Assembly (NCBI RefSeq): GCF_964204645.1
Contig: NC_134036.1
Span: 10,395,859 to 10,459,858, forward strand
Reading direction: 5' to 3'
DNA: 64,000 nt
Source of the DNA: Tubulanus polymorphus
Lineage: Eukaryota; Animalia; Nemertea
The first letter of the stretch is position 1; the number at the start of each line of letters is the position of its first letter. The translations under genes and the position numbers were made by a program. Positions 51,523-64,000 of this stretch are shown here, piece by piece. Below the pieces are notes generated by a model. The model was not told the DNA's origin and made no database searches. It was given only the letters and a program-made list of their open reading frames with translations.

Positions 51523-52228
51523 ATTTGACAATTTGTTGCCACCCTCGTTATTTTATTATACAGTTGCAGGGATACTGGTACCCCCATCATTGGTCTCATC
51601 CATTATCAATCGTGAAAAGCCCCTGTGCATAAACCGTGATAAACAAGTTTGGAATAACATTCACATAGTTTAGTTATGATATTGTCAAACGTTTCTTACC
51701 GGCAAATTAGAATCTCATTTAGAATCTATCACATAGATAGATCAAGTAATCGGTTTTTTGAAAACCACGTTTATCGTGTGATTCTTTCGTCATCTTTGAT
51801 AGGAATAGTCGCACATATCTGACCATGAATCGATCGGTTTTTTTCAAGAAAATGACTATAATATGTGAATAACAGTTAAAAACGAGAGATGATGTAAATC
51901 AGGGAAGACAAATTGATTTGAGAAAATTTGTAAGGCGATTGATGTTTCTTGTCGCTAATGGAACGGCGCATCCTATTGATCACTTAACAATCCTCATTTA
52001 CCCTCGAAAGATAAACAATCATTTGTTTATTTGCTCACAGATGTATTGAATGTTAATATAACACACGATTTTACGTCTAAATATTTACATTCTAAAAATT
52101 TACATTCAATTCGAGCTTTTTAGCGAACGCGATCTAGTCAGTCAGTTACCTGACTGTGGTTCAGTTTCATAATCGGATTTCCCAAACCATCACAAGTATA
52201 TCCCATTAGAATCTCTTATCGCCAACGA

Positions 52229-52726
52229 TTACGAACAAGTTCCGATGGTACAATTGCCAGTGCAACAATCAGTATCACCCGTACAAACTACGCCTCGTAT
52301 CTTGCAACCTATATTTCGTAAAAAAGAGTATGCAATCAAACACGGAATTTCGAGGTAAGGCAATTTTTCATTTACATTGTAGGTATAATTGAACCCCCAC
52401 TCCCGGATGTATGACAAACAAATCAATACATGAGTTTAGGAAATACATTTACGTATGAAACATATTACACGTCAATGAAGTAGATTTTTGTCAGAATATA
52501 ATTATTGATATGTAATATTATCTTCGAAATGTAATTCGTCAAATTACTTCGTTAAATCTATAAACAGCTGCTGAATGTTTACTGAAAAGTGTAATTTCAA
52601 TTCATTGAATCATATGAAATTATGTATTATGTTCCAGGTCGTTCGTTACTCACTTTCTGCAAATGACGCGTCGCTGATCACTATCACAACGATAGCAGAT
52701 ACACGAGTCATTAAATAAGCAAGCAT
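52229..52726 (-). CDS. Secreted knottin (ICK) toxin-like peptide B, 50 aa, 2 exons (52726-52654, 52308-52229)
   Basis: MLAYLMTRVSAIVVIVISDASFAE-SCKIRGVVCTGDTDCCTGNCTIGTCS*; same phase-1 intron as A. Confidence 0.9.
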
Positions 52727-54179
52727 TTTCGATGCCTAGAATTTCAATTAAATATATTAGCATTGTGGGCAATCCCAAATTCTGATTATTCAACAGTTTT
52801 CAAAAGGCTATCATCAAATAAACCTGTTTTCAGAAAATTTACTAGTTTAGAATGATGAGGCTTGAGAAAAAAACAGTGCCTTTAGATCTCGCGCGTGCTG
52901 GGCTTTATATGTGATATACAAAGTCGGTAGCGTACCACAGGTCTACGGGTCCACTTGTCCGATGGACCACTAGTCCGGAGGTTCACTAGAACACATTTGT
53001 TGGTACACTAGGCCGGGGCCTAATAATGTGACAGGGATAATATTTACTATTGGTCTGTCAGTGGTCATGCGTGAACTGTGGTCAGTTAAACCATTACATG
53101 TCCAGTGCTACCGGTATTCGACGTTTGACAACTCATATAGAAACGTTTCTGCTATCAATGGAAGCATGGTTCAACACACAACAGACATACCTTTCAGTCG
53201 CGTTGTGCGCAGCAGTAACAGTAACTGAGTGCAGCCGTAGTGATAAAACTCCTTTAAGAATTGGCACAAACTGGCTATTTAAGATACAGCCACCAAACTT
53301 GTATCATATAAAAGCCACTTGTCTTTTCCGTTAAAAACTGTTTTCATTGGTGTTCTATCCTAATCATCCTTATATAAGCTGTCAAGCTTGTAAAAACCAG
53401 CTGCCCAAATGCACTTTTTCCTCCGATACATAGTAAAATGGCTCTGACTTGAAAAGTTTATAAGCAGAAAGCAGCGCCATTATTTTCATTATCAATTGAA
53501 GTTAAGTATCCAACGAAAGCAGACAACCTGGGGAACATTAATTATATTTTTGCGAGGATTTAACAATGAATAAAGGTAGTGAAGTCGATTTAGGTGCAAA
53601 ACACGGCAAATTTCACAATGGAGAATAGCGCGTTACAACATCGTAGCAGTAACGTTTCCATATGCAGTTGACCGAAAACGGGTTGTGATCGTTGGAGATT
53701 CATTTGGGCACACTGCCTTAGCAATGGTCATTAGTAACTTACCGACCACTGAACAGCTAGTCATGCCGCTAAAAACTTTCCAGGACAGAGGCCACTTCTC
53801 AGCCCTTTCAACACACCAGTGACCAAAAGTTAGCACAGTGACCACCCAGTTTAGAGAGAAATAAAAACGTTTTTTTTTTCTCCTACTCGTCATAATTTCT
53901 TCAATCGATGTACGTAACAATATTCTATAGTTTTTTGTTCTCTTCATTTCACATTACCTGTGCCTAGCTGCAAACCATAGCGAGAAAATGTGATTACGTC
54001 GAGAAGAAACACAGTATCCGTGTATGATGAATTACGAGAGAAATAAAATAAATTCAGCCAAAAATAAACATTTCTATGTAATAAAATCCAGGCATACTGA
54101 TACATATTACTTACTACATATTCCTAAACGATATGCCACGTCGATGAACAATTATATCACCCAGTTGCCATCACGGCGC

Positions 54180-55140
54180 GCATGTTATCTACTTACAGTT
54201 TTGCCTTCGTGTTAGAGTTCGGTTGCTGCATTCAATGAAGAAACGCTTATATAGAAAATTCGCTCACGTATACACTATTTACTTTTCTAATCAATTCTCT
54301 AAAGTAGTCAGGTGGTAATTTCAGTACTTGAATCCCGAGTGGAAACGCGTGAAATATGAAACTATTTCGTCCGTTATATTTTACTGAAAATTCCGGACCC
54401 AAAATTATATAGTTAACTAAGAGAAGTATTCAGCCATATCAAATTATTGGATTCCGAATCCAGTTTTCATGTTTTCACTAAGACAAAAATTATCAAAACT
54501 GTTGAACTCAATCAAATCTTATCACACACAACTGTGGAACTGGATTAATGGACATATTAGACCATCCAAACCGTGGAACTGGTTCTACAGTCAAATCAAA
54601 CCCACACTATGGAAGTGGAATCAGCGACAAATAGCATGAACAAATCAAAACAAAAATGGTTCAACAAATAATAATAAAACCTACATAACTGTGGATACTG
54701 GATTCAGAGAAAAATAACACCCACATAACCCTGGAACTGGAGATTGAATCAAATAAAGGATTTGGTTCATGGTCAATTGTTTAAGTAATTGTAGGAACCT
54801 CATCTGCAAAACCCCTTGATTAATAGACTATGATATGCAGATCGATAAATACGTACTCCATCATACGAGGTAAATGATTTTTTTTCCACTTGCGTATTCT
54901 TCGAACCAATGAGTAATTGCTCAAGTATTAAGTGGAACTTGGTTCATGAGCAGTTTTCTATTTTCGTCGCCTTCATTTATTTATAGAAACCGCAGTCCCA
55001 CTAGTCTTTCCCTGAACTTCATCGCTCATCCAAGAGGTTACCTTTGATTATACGACTACGATTTTAGAAATCATGATTCTCATTATAACGTATAACTATC
55101 TTACTATAGTTTTACCTTCACCTAATTGACCTCATCCGTC
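54180..55140 (+). repeat. Diverged upstream repeat, copy 3 (upstream of knottin B)
   Basis: tgttatctacttacagttttgccttcgtgtta...cagtacttgaatcccgagt...gaaatatgaaactatttcgt shared with 13485-13720. Confidence 0.8.
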
Positions 55141-56608
55141 GCATGGATATGTTTCAGTTTCATTTTGGTTCATTGCTCAAGGAGATCGGTAACGAATTGA
55201 CGTAGAAATTGAAGATTATCGTGTTTAAGAAAAAAAAGATTATTTGCAAATTAGTAAGACAAATGAAAAAATAAAAAATTTGACAGTCCACTAATTTTTG
55301 GCATAATTAAAAGCACTGTTAATGATCACCAGATGGCGGCTAAAACAAGGTGTGACAACTGTGCATGTCGTTCCCAGTGGTCGACAAAAACACGCACTTG
55401 AAATTTACAATCCACACAACCATCGGATTCCATGGTCACTTACAATCGCAGATATAAGGCCGAAAAGAATCATACGTTCTATACACACACAGTACATCAG
55501 CGAAAATATTGAAGTAGCATATGACAAATTAATATTCAGAAATTTTGAAAAACGACAGCTAATCAAATATGATAAATTCCTGTGAGATCGATAAGTTATA
55601 TATACTCAAAAGCTCTAGGATGCGCGCGGATCGATTCAACATCGACACAAATTTCAATCAATATCAAGCTGTGCAATCATTGGTATAATTTCAGTGGTAT
55701 TGTATAAACGCACGCAATATTTATTATTCATTCATCGACAGGTTCTGACTCGAGATAACGAATTTTTTTTTCGAGAGCCGAATACGTTAAAACGAGCGAT
55801 CAAGGTAAGCGCAGTGATGTAATATTCAAATCTATATTTTTCATTATCAAACGTTATTATAAGAAATGCCAGTATACAAAATGTATAAGTAAAATAGATT
55901 AATTGTCATTGTTTTGTTAATTTCGCTAGGGTGGTATTTGGGTTATGGTGAAAACAAGGGCGGGGTATAAGTTGTAAAAGTTTTACCCTTCTAGTCAATC
56001 CTATCCCTCATTTGATAATCTATCGTTTCTTTGTGATATCTATTTTACTTTTAGTTTGAATTTTGTGACTATGATATACGTTGTTTTTAATGTAAAAACG
56101 GTTACGAATATCAGCGCGTTGTTTAACTTTGATTTCACTGTCTGCCCCTTAAGTTTCGGGCCCCAATAAACTAATGTTGAACAAGTTTCTGTGTTCACGT
56201 AATGCCAAACGCAAGCAACGTGTCCACCCCCACTCTCCGGGCCAGAGAATTACTCAACAAAAGAAAGGCAGGTGGCTTTAAAATGTACAGCATATGCCAT
56301 TTCGTCGATTTCATATTAGTCTAAATTTGCCCAAAAAAATTCAAACATTCAACGAGGTTTTATGCTTCATTACTTCCGTCTCCAACTGATAATGGCTGTT
56401 AGTCAACAGCCGAAACTTTGTGGTTTCGTTTTCATACATTCTATCAAATGAAATTCTATTGTTGGACAATCTGACGGAATAATTTCTGTAAGATTTGATG
56501 GACCATTGTTTCTGGGCGAAGTTATAGTCACCGTTATTTGATGACCAGCTGACAGTGAATATGTGGTCACTTATGATCGCAGATGTAAGCCCGGTACGTT
56601 ACTAGCCA

Positions 56609-56721
56609 GGACCCAGCTCCACAGTTCTGCGTTAAGATCTGACTCAGAGTTAACATTGAAAATGAATTGATTTTAACTCGGAGCTAACTTAACTCTAACT
56701 CACAACTGTGGAACTGGATTC
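56609..56721. mobile_element. Short MITE of the 'ctgtggaactggat' family
   Basis: gacccagctccacagtt ... aactgtggaactggattc inverted ends; fragments recur at 13.8, 17.2-17.4 and 54.5-54.7 kb. Confidence 0.6.
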
Positions 56722-56735
56722 AGAATGACGCGTTA

Positions 56736-57203
56736 AGCTTAGCATACATCGACAAAGCAAATGGAGACAACTAGTTGCTAGTGAGCGAGTACCCCGCGCA
56801 CATCGAAAAGCTCATGAAAGCCAGCAACTGCGTGGCTCATGTCGGTCGCTAGGTCCTTAGCGCGTACATCAGCAACTGCAACTGAAATGTGTTTTAGCAA
56901 ATTTATTTGAGGGCATCACAAGTCACGTGACAAATTGCTTTGTTTTTTGTCAGTTACAACCATGTGTTGTTGATTGTGGAGCGCTCACATCGACATATAT
57001 GACAGCAACTGAGTACAACTAGTTGCTAAAAAGTAGATCATGGGCAACTGTGTGGAACTGGAGATAGATGTATGGTAACCAGTCATAAGCTAGCTCACAT
57101 CGAAACGTTCGAGCAACTGATTGTATCAAGCCAGTTGCTCTCATGTGCCGAAAACTGCCTTGAAACTAGATGTCTCCAACGCAGTATCGATGTAGGCTAG
57201 GCT
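56736..57203. mobile_element. Harbinger-like MITE with agcaact/agttgct subrepeats
   Basis: agcttagcatacatcga ... tcgatgtaggctaggct imperfect TIRs. Confidence 0.55.
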
Positions 57204-58541
57204 TTTACGTACCAATACATCAGGGAAAATATTGAAATGGCATTTAAAAGTAAATTTCCAATAATTTATGAAATTTGAATATAATAATTGCCTGTGACAC
57301 TGAACAAGTTTATACTTTGCCTAAGTAAAGTGGCGATGCGCGTAGATCGATTCAAGTGCCAGGTGCGTATTGATAGAAATTGAAAAAGACCTCGATATCA
57401 GTTCCAATCAACATCATGCTGTGCAATCATTGCTATAATTTCAATTTCTATCTCAAACGTATATATTATCGCAAGCAATACGTTTTATTCATTCATCGAC
57501 AAGGTCTGACTCGAGAAAACGAGACATTTTCATTTCGAAAGTTGAATACTTCGGAAGAAGCGACCAAGGTAAGTGATGAGAAATGATGAGAGATGATGAA
57601 ATCTATATTATTCGCAATTAAACGTTTATTTTGGCACCTTTTTGAATACTTGGAACACGCCTTCCAGAATTCTTTTTTCAAACTCGAAATTTGCAAAAAG
57701 TTTTCATCTTCATTTCTCCCATCAAATCGATCATTATTTTCATTATTTTCACCCACTTTATCGTTTTCTGTAGTTTTCTGCCAAATAAAAACATTTCAAT
57801 TGTTTTTCTTATTCCTATCCATTGTGAAACGCCTGTAATAAATTCTTTTTAATTTTATTTCCTTTGACCTGCTATTTTCTTTCTTGAAAAAAACCGTTTT
57901 CCAAGTTATTAGAAAAAGCCTGTGTATGGATAAACAATCGAACATGATTTCATCATGGCTTTCTGGTGAACCGTCGAATAAGCACTTTTATTGAAACTGA
58001 GAAAACATGAGTTTTCAGCGAACGCGCGTCTAAACTTGGAGTAATCATTTGACAATGATTACTGCAAGGTCTAAAGTAGTGGTAGCGCTAACTTTGCCTA
58101 TAACGCCTGTCTTTGTAGCCTAAACGATAAGCGGGATGAAATGGAAATATCGTTACCCGACAATTCAAATCTATACAGCTCAATACGCTTTGCTTTATCG
58201 AAACCTGCATTACACTTTTTCATTTTGATGACTGTGATCAATGATTATTTGTGTGTAAAACTTTGACAAGAAAAATGATGAAGAAAATCTAAATCTTTTG
58301 GGGGAGGGGGAGGGAGTTGCAGTCATCTACGGTTTAATCGATGCTATACGGTCTGGACCTTTCATTTGGATATGCAACGTAGTTTTGGGCTTCATCGAAC
58401 TTCATTCGGGTTGCAAGAACGATTCTGAGAAATGGTTAATCGATGAGAGCCAATTGAAAGCTATTGAATGACCAGACTATGGGATTTCCTAAAATGCCAA
58501 TTTGCTCATATAATCAATTCAAATTCTAGGCAAATTTGAAA

Positions 58542-58846
58542 ATGCTCGCTTATCTAATAAGTCGCGTATGTGCTGCTGTTGTGATAGTGGTCAGTGTCGC
58601 GTCATTTGCAGAAGGTGAGTGACGACTGGGAAAATTAATTACACAATTTGATGAATGGTCCTTTAAAGATAATATTGCGTAGGGGTTAGATTTTTCAACA
58701 ATTTGAATAAGATATCAATTTACTTCAAAACTCCTTTTTTGATTGCATAATGTTTTTGAAATATAGGTTGCCAATTAAAAGCCGGAATGTGTGGCCATGA
58801 TGGTGAGTGTTGCAGTGGCAACTGTAAAGGCTTATCTTGTTGCTAA
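58542..58846 (+). CDS. Secreted knottin (ICK) toxin-like peptide C, 50 aa, 2 exons (58542-58614, 58767-58846)
   Basis: MLAYLISRVCAAVVIVVSVASFAE-GCQLKAGMCGHDGECCSGNCKGLSCC*; same intron phase; AATAAA at ~59007. Confidence 0.9.
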
Positions 58847-60879
58847 TCGTCGGTAATAAGGCTTTATATTCGGATATACTTGTGGTGATTTGGGAAATAT
58901 TCGATTACGAAACTGAACCGCTGTCAGGTAACTGACTATGAAATAGCTCGAATACGATTTCTATTTGTCACTATATCGTGAAATCTCGTGTTAATGATTA
59001 TATTCAATAAAACTGCGAGTAGAAAAATCGACGATCGGGTTGTTTTACTGTTTATGCTTTCAATGAGCACAAAAGGAGTTCGGAAATATATCCCCAATGA
59101 ATCGACCCTTCTCCATAGCCCCACATGATGCGTATAATGCAACGAATTTCGCCCAAGCAAAAAAGCGGATGAAATCCAGTTGAAAAATGTTGGATTGTTT
59201 TAATTTGGCGAAATTCTTCATGGAGTGGACGACAATAACAAAGGTTCTAAAAGAACGACTTGTGACTCTAATGACGTGCTATAATTAATGAACATTTTGC
59301 TAACTGAAACCTACAATAGGCTGTTTGAAGTGTCATTTGCTATTTTCGTTACCCTTTTAACAGTAGGGATAATGAAATGATAATCAGTAATCAATTGGTC
59401 ATATTCCATATTGGTCGTATTCTTAATGGAATATGACCAAAAACCGATATTTGTAGAAACTAATTGCCGCTTCGCAACAATATTCCAATATTCTGACATG
59501 TGAATTGTGTTTGGAGATTTTTTTAGAAAACTTTTTCTAAGATGTGTGCCAAGTATTTTTCTGTAACAGCCCGTTGAATTCCTGTACAATAACACGTCAC
59601 CCGTTTTTATATCTAATGTTAGAGCCACGCGTATGATGGTATTCATTTGCATTTCATTTGCCATGCGTACTCAGCCCGAAAGGTTAACCTTTAGCAATTA
59701 ATAAGCCATATGTGCGAGTGAATGTAAGGCACATCTTGAGTTATGCATCCTCAGCGGAAGGCCCCGTAACCCGCCTCCCGCCAAAAAGAAATACAAAAAA
59801 ATTACATTCATACTAAAGATGTGTGTTCTCAAGGCAACCTACTTGGAAATGTCTGAACCAACTCAGTGATAATATATTTCAATCTTAAGACTATTTTACT
59901 TTTAGCATTACCAATTCAGCCTATAATAGTATATATCAATTCAGCCTATATTTCTTTTTTTTTCATTGAACACACAATCATTCACATTGAATCAATGTAA
60001 GACCCAATATTCTTCAGCCAAAAGAGTTAATGCAGTCGTCAATCGCAACTCTAAAGTAACATAGATTAAAATTGACTCGATTTTATCAGTCAATAAATCC
60101 AATTTCACAATCTTGAGGGTTTGAAGCTGCACCCAGTTCAACAAATATATGATTTCTATAAAGGACCCAGTTTTACAGTAATTTTGTTCCACGTGTCCCT
60201 GAATCAAGTTTTACAGTCTTGTTTGCTTTGACTTGTTATCCAGTTCCACCGTTTAGTCAGTTTCATCCGCCTATAATCACGGTCATTAGGGACTAATTTG
60301 ACTTTGCATCCAGTCTCATACATATTAGGTCTATTTGACATGACAAGTTTGAAAACGTTAATTAGTTTAATAATATCGAATCCTGAATTTTAGGAAAAAA
60401 TATAGCTGCAAAGCAGCGATAACGGGTTTTCTGGATGCATGTGATCGAAAGGAAAAATTAATTACCGGGTATTCGATGGAAAAAATAAAATGAGATGATT
60501 TGGATATTATCGGAGCAATCCTCTTTTTGGTTGAATGGTCTAACCCCAGTATAGTCCCCGTGATTTGGAAATTCTCGGAGCCCTCCTTCATTTACTTACT
60601 AAATGACGTCACAAACTGTTATTTCGCCGGTGCTTGTTGTCTAACAATTCAATTCAATTCTTTATTTACAGTAACCTAATAAGTAATTTTAAGTTTCAAA
60701 TAGGATGGAAAGTACATTCAGACAATCTGTTGGTTCAGAGAGACCGTTATTACAGTATCAATTTATACATTTCGTTTCGAAGCTGTCAGTTGCCGAATCT
60801 GAATGCAGATGAATTTTATTTGACGAGATCGGCGGAAAATATATAATAATAATAATAATCAACAGAATTTCAAGAGTGT

Positions 60880-61200
60880 TTTCGACGTAAGTCAGAAAAC
60901 CCTAAATATTCCAGACGAAAAAGTTTCATATTTCACCCGCTTCCACTCAGGTTTTGAGTACTGAAATTAGCACCTGTTGTGTTAAGAGCATTGAATAGAA
61001 AATCAAATACTATATTTAACGTATGAAGCATAAAATTCATGAGCGAATTTTCAGCCTAAAGGTTCTAATACTAAATGCCGCAACCGAACTTTAACTAGAA
61101 GGCAGAACCGTAAGTAGATAATGTAGTGTGATAACAAAGTGGCCGCGATGACCGTATCGTGTTTTTAGATGATTTCAAAATTCAATTTTTATGAATTTCA
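60880..61200 (-). repeat. Diverged upstream repeat, copy 4 (upstream of decayed knottin copy D)
   Basis: cagacgaaa..tttcatatttcacccg..ttgaatagaaaa..ccgtaagtagataa matches 17580-17800. Confidence 0.75.
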
Positions 61201-61499
61201 TAGCCTTAAATTCATTTTGTAAGTATGGCGCAGACTTTATTTCATTCAAAAGATTCTCGACAAATAACGGAATCTGTCAACTTATATCAATTAAACGACC
61301 TTCGTGTTCACAAAACAATGAACTATTTACCGTTTCTAATAATTCCCAGCAGACACAGGAAAGAGAGACCGACGATTTTTCCTGTTTATCTGATGCCAAT
61401 CACAAGCAATTTGACCGCCTAACACTAACGGCTATTAAGTTACGTGACTACAAAAAGTACTGCCATTAAATTGACTTCAAATTGATAAAATGTTACAAG

Positions 61500-61570
61500 A
61501 AAATATTCACTTATTTTCGTATTTGCTAAAGGTCTGATTGTGGTCGGTATCGCGTCGTTTGCTGAGGGTT
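61500..61570 (+). pseudogene. Decayed knottin-family signal-peptide exon (copy D)
   Basis: LIVVGIASFAEG resembles VIVVSVASFAEG of copy C; ATG lost (aaaatattcacttat vs aaaatgctcgcttat); no Cys-rich exon 2 found. Confidence 0.5.
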
Positions 61571-64000
61571 ATTAATGGTAGCAGATTAATACGCTAGATT
61601 TTATAGCATGTTTTGGATATGAATCAGAAACTCAATTACCAGTAAACAACAATTGTTTTTGATTGGTCTGATTTAATACTAAATCTTTAAAATTTGTGTT
61701 AAGTGGGTGTATGTATTTTTTCAATCATTGATTCAAATCTCGTTTATTCTTGTACAAGCCTCCCAACCACTACGTTTTAAACGAGCATCTTCATTTTTCA
61801 GATCACGAGGACACTAAAAAACAGTTTGTGAAATCTGGGCATTCGCAATTAGAACGCGTGCTTAAGACAAGTTTTCTGAATTGATGATAGATAAAGATTG
61901 ATATGATAGATGCGTTAAAATAATGTCGTTGCTCTCGAATATCTGAAAACATGCATATGGTCAATTAACATACAAAAATGCATTTAAAAATACGAAGTAA
62001 AGAGCATGAAAATGTGTTTACAATTATGAAATAAAGTCAAATTATTACCAAACGACCTGTCCTTAAGTTTGATTTTGTCGCGCAACTGATGATACGGTGC
62101 AATTACAATGTTTATTACAAGTCCATGCAAAACAACGAATTCCTCTTTTAGTATCGCCATCCAAAAGGAACGTCCAGAACAAGATGTATCTTTGTTAGGG
62201 AAATTATGCATCTGTCATAGGTTTTGCCACATCACCAAACGTGAAAACCTAGGATTCCCCGTAGCCTTACCGCGCGATCAACCATTTTCGTAGACTGGAA
62301 ATGGGAAAAGTGAAAATAATAGTAAAATACTTGGGTTAAACGAACCGTTTCTTTTTGATAAAATCAGACGGCATTTTAAACCGTTTGCAGGAATAAACAC
62401 GTCTTTAATGTGAAGAACACGTCTTGATGTGACGTATGTGTCTACGTAGGAAAACCTGTGCAAATAAATACGCGAAAATCCAAGAATTCCAGCCATGTGT
62501 GGTAAGGGTCCGCACACGTTACAACATTCCTCCAGTCTCCTTTTAAAGAATAACATAATTTAAAATGAGACGCCGGGAAACATTAAAAGTAGAAAAAAAC
62601 GAGACTGGAAAGAGAACAGCCAGAGCCAATATACCTCTGTGAATAAAAGCTTATTATACCTACTGGAGAAGATTCTTTCGACCTTCATTATCTATCACTT
62701 ATTTTCGATCTAATTGTTTGTAAAACATCAGTCTTCGTCCATGATTTGAATTCAATCCAATAGTTTTCACTATTTTCCATTTGTTCTGGTCATAAATCTC
62801 TAATCTAGAGTACCAATTCCTAATTTTGATGCTGATTAAACATACACTCACGTAAATTTAGGAAAGTCCATATTAAGAATTTCGTTTCTTGCTTTTGTAT
62901 TGTGTCTACACGCCAGGTAATAACGGAGGTAATAACGGATTCATACATTGGACTACAAAGAAAAAAAAAATTCTTGTGTACAGACAGTTCAACATTTTAG
63001 ATCCCTGAAAAGCTTCCCTTTTAGATATCTCGATAATAATTGACCATTTATTTTCTGATTGACCATTAATTTTCCCAAAAAGTCTCCCCTTCGAAAAACC
63101 TAAGCAACCAATGTATGTTTGCTTTGTGTTTACCAATGCACTTATTATTAGTACATTAGCAAGCACATTGTTACCTTTTCTAGCTATTTCCACTGTTTTC
63201 CGTGAAATATTGCATCCTGCATTACATGAATCATTCAACGATACTCCGGGACTAATAATTCACAAAAAGTTTAGATTAACCATTAAACAATATGATACAT
63301 GACCAAATGCACGTTTAATGTGAAAAAGACCCACTACGCACACATTTAAAATTTCGAACTATTGCTTATCATTGAAAAATTACGACACGACGTTCGATCT
63401 CTCACTAGAGATCATATTTTTAAATTTATACGCAGCGGGTTTAATTGTTTTTTCAATTAACTACATTTGAGTGTGATTATACTACAAATACAAAGTTATT
63501 TTAGCAATGAAGTTTTAATTACAATTAAAAATATTAACAATCCACTGGTAAACTCTGAACAACCTTCGGCAACTAACCTCAGACCGTAGATTGGTCTCAG
63601 GTGGCCTGCTGATCCACTATTCTTATACTACTACATAATTATACAGTATATTTAGAAGTAGTCCATTGAAGTACTATTTATTTTCATATCAGGATAATTT
63701 GCGTACGGAAGATTGTAAAACGATATCCCATCGAGTTTTATGGTACTCTAGAATCAATAACTTACTATCTTCCACGGATACGAATCATCCCAAGTTTACA
63801 CAATAATTTTCTTGAAAGGGTTATTGTTGATTACGATGTTTTCTACTGGTCTGAAGTACCACTAACAGCCGAATGTAGGTGATTCATGTAGAATTTAGAT
63901 TGTTAAATTTAGGGTGTTAGACACATACGACGGCAAACGGCTATTCTTATAGTGAGAACGCTGAACTAAATTTATTGCCTAAACGCAGCGAAGTAATCGC

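Larger units (their letters stand above)
37925..51525. mobile_element. Polinton/Maverick (endogenous polintovirus/adintovirus-like), left part deleted, multiple inactivating mutations
   Basis: Canonical gene set pPolB, ATPase, rve integrase, minor and major capsid, adenain; subterminal motif repeats at 51440-51522. Confidence 0.95.
55590..57630 (+). repeat. Direct repeat pair 55590-55860 / 57330-57630
   Basis: Shared gctgtgcaatcattg..ttcattcatcgaca.gg.tctgactcgaga..caaggtaag. Confidence 0.6.

Noticed and set aside
37925-51525. Active/autonomous Polinton
   Set aside because: pPolB polymerase domain and left end are missing; ATPase, integrase, penton and MCP carry frameshifts or stops.
52309-52426. 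N-terminal part of the 65-aa ORF 52229-52426
   Set aside because: It is intron read-through; the real N-terminus is the signal exon 52726-52654.
53030-53400. Possible LINE ORF fragment (WSCVNCG..., KTPLRI)
   Set aside because: Too degenerate to support a call without a profile search.
59650-59790. Possible SINE/LINE 3' tail
   Set aside because: Only vague resemblance; single copy in the window.

Overview
AT-rich eukaryotic (intron-containing, invertebrate-like) genomic DNA, mostly nested transposon debris around a small cluster of secreted-peptide genes. (1) Three intact two-exon paralogues (19636-20071 +, 52229-52726 -, 58542-58846 +) and one decayed copy (~61500) encode 50-51 aa precursors: a conserved signal peptide followed directly by a variable C-C-CC-C-C inhibitor-cystine-knot (knottin, conotoxin/nemertide-like) peptide. 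The ORF track almost completely misses them. (2) A left-truncated, decaying Polinton/Maverick (~37.9-51.5 kb) carries pPolB, packaging ATPase, integrase, minor and major capsid proteins and adenain. It also carries an unusual transcription-related cargo: a TBP homologue, a spliced tandem-PC4 gene, six C2H2 fingers spliced onto pPolB, and two RING-like genes. (3) Two inverted, differently deleted copies of an env-bearing Gypsy LTR retrotransposon (1-5665 - and 30573-33480 +). (4) A RAG1/Transib-related DDE transposon with a chromodomain accessory gene. (5) A spliced secreted-protein gene, a ~6.6 kb foldback element, a 31-bp satellite, several MITEs and an AT-rich virus-like relic. No rRNA, tRNA or CRISPR array was found. 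All family assignments are by eye from motifs; no database search was run.
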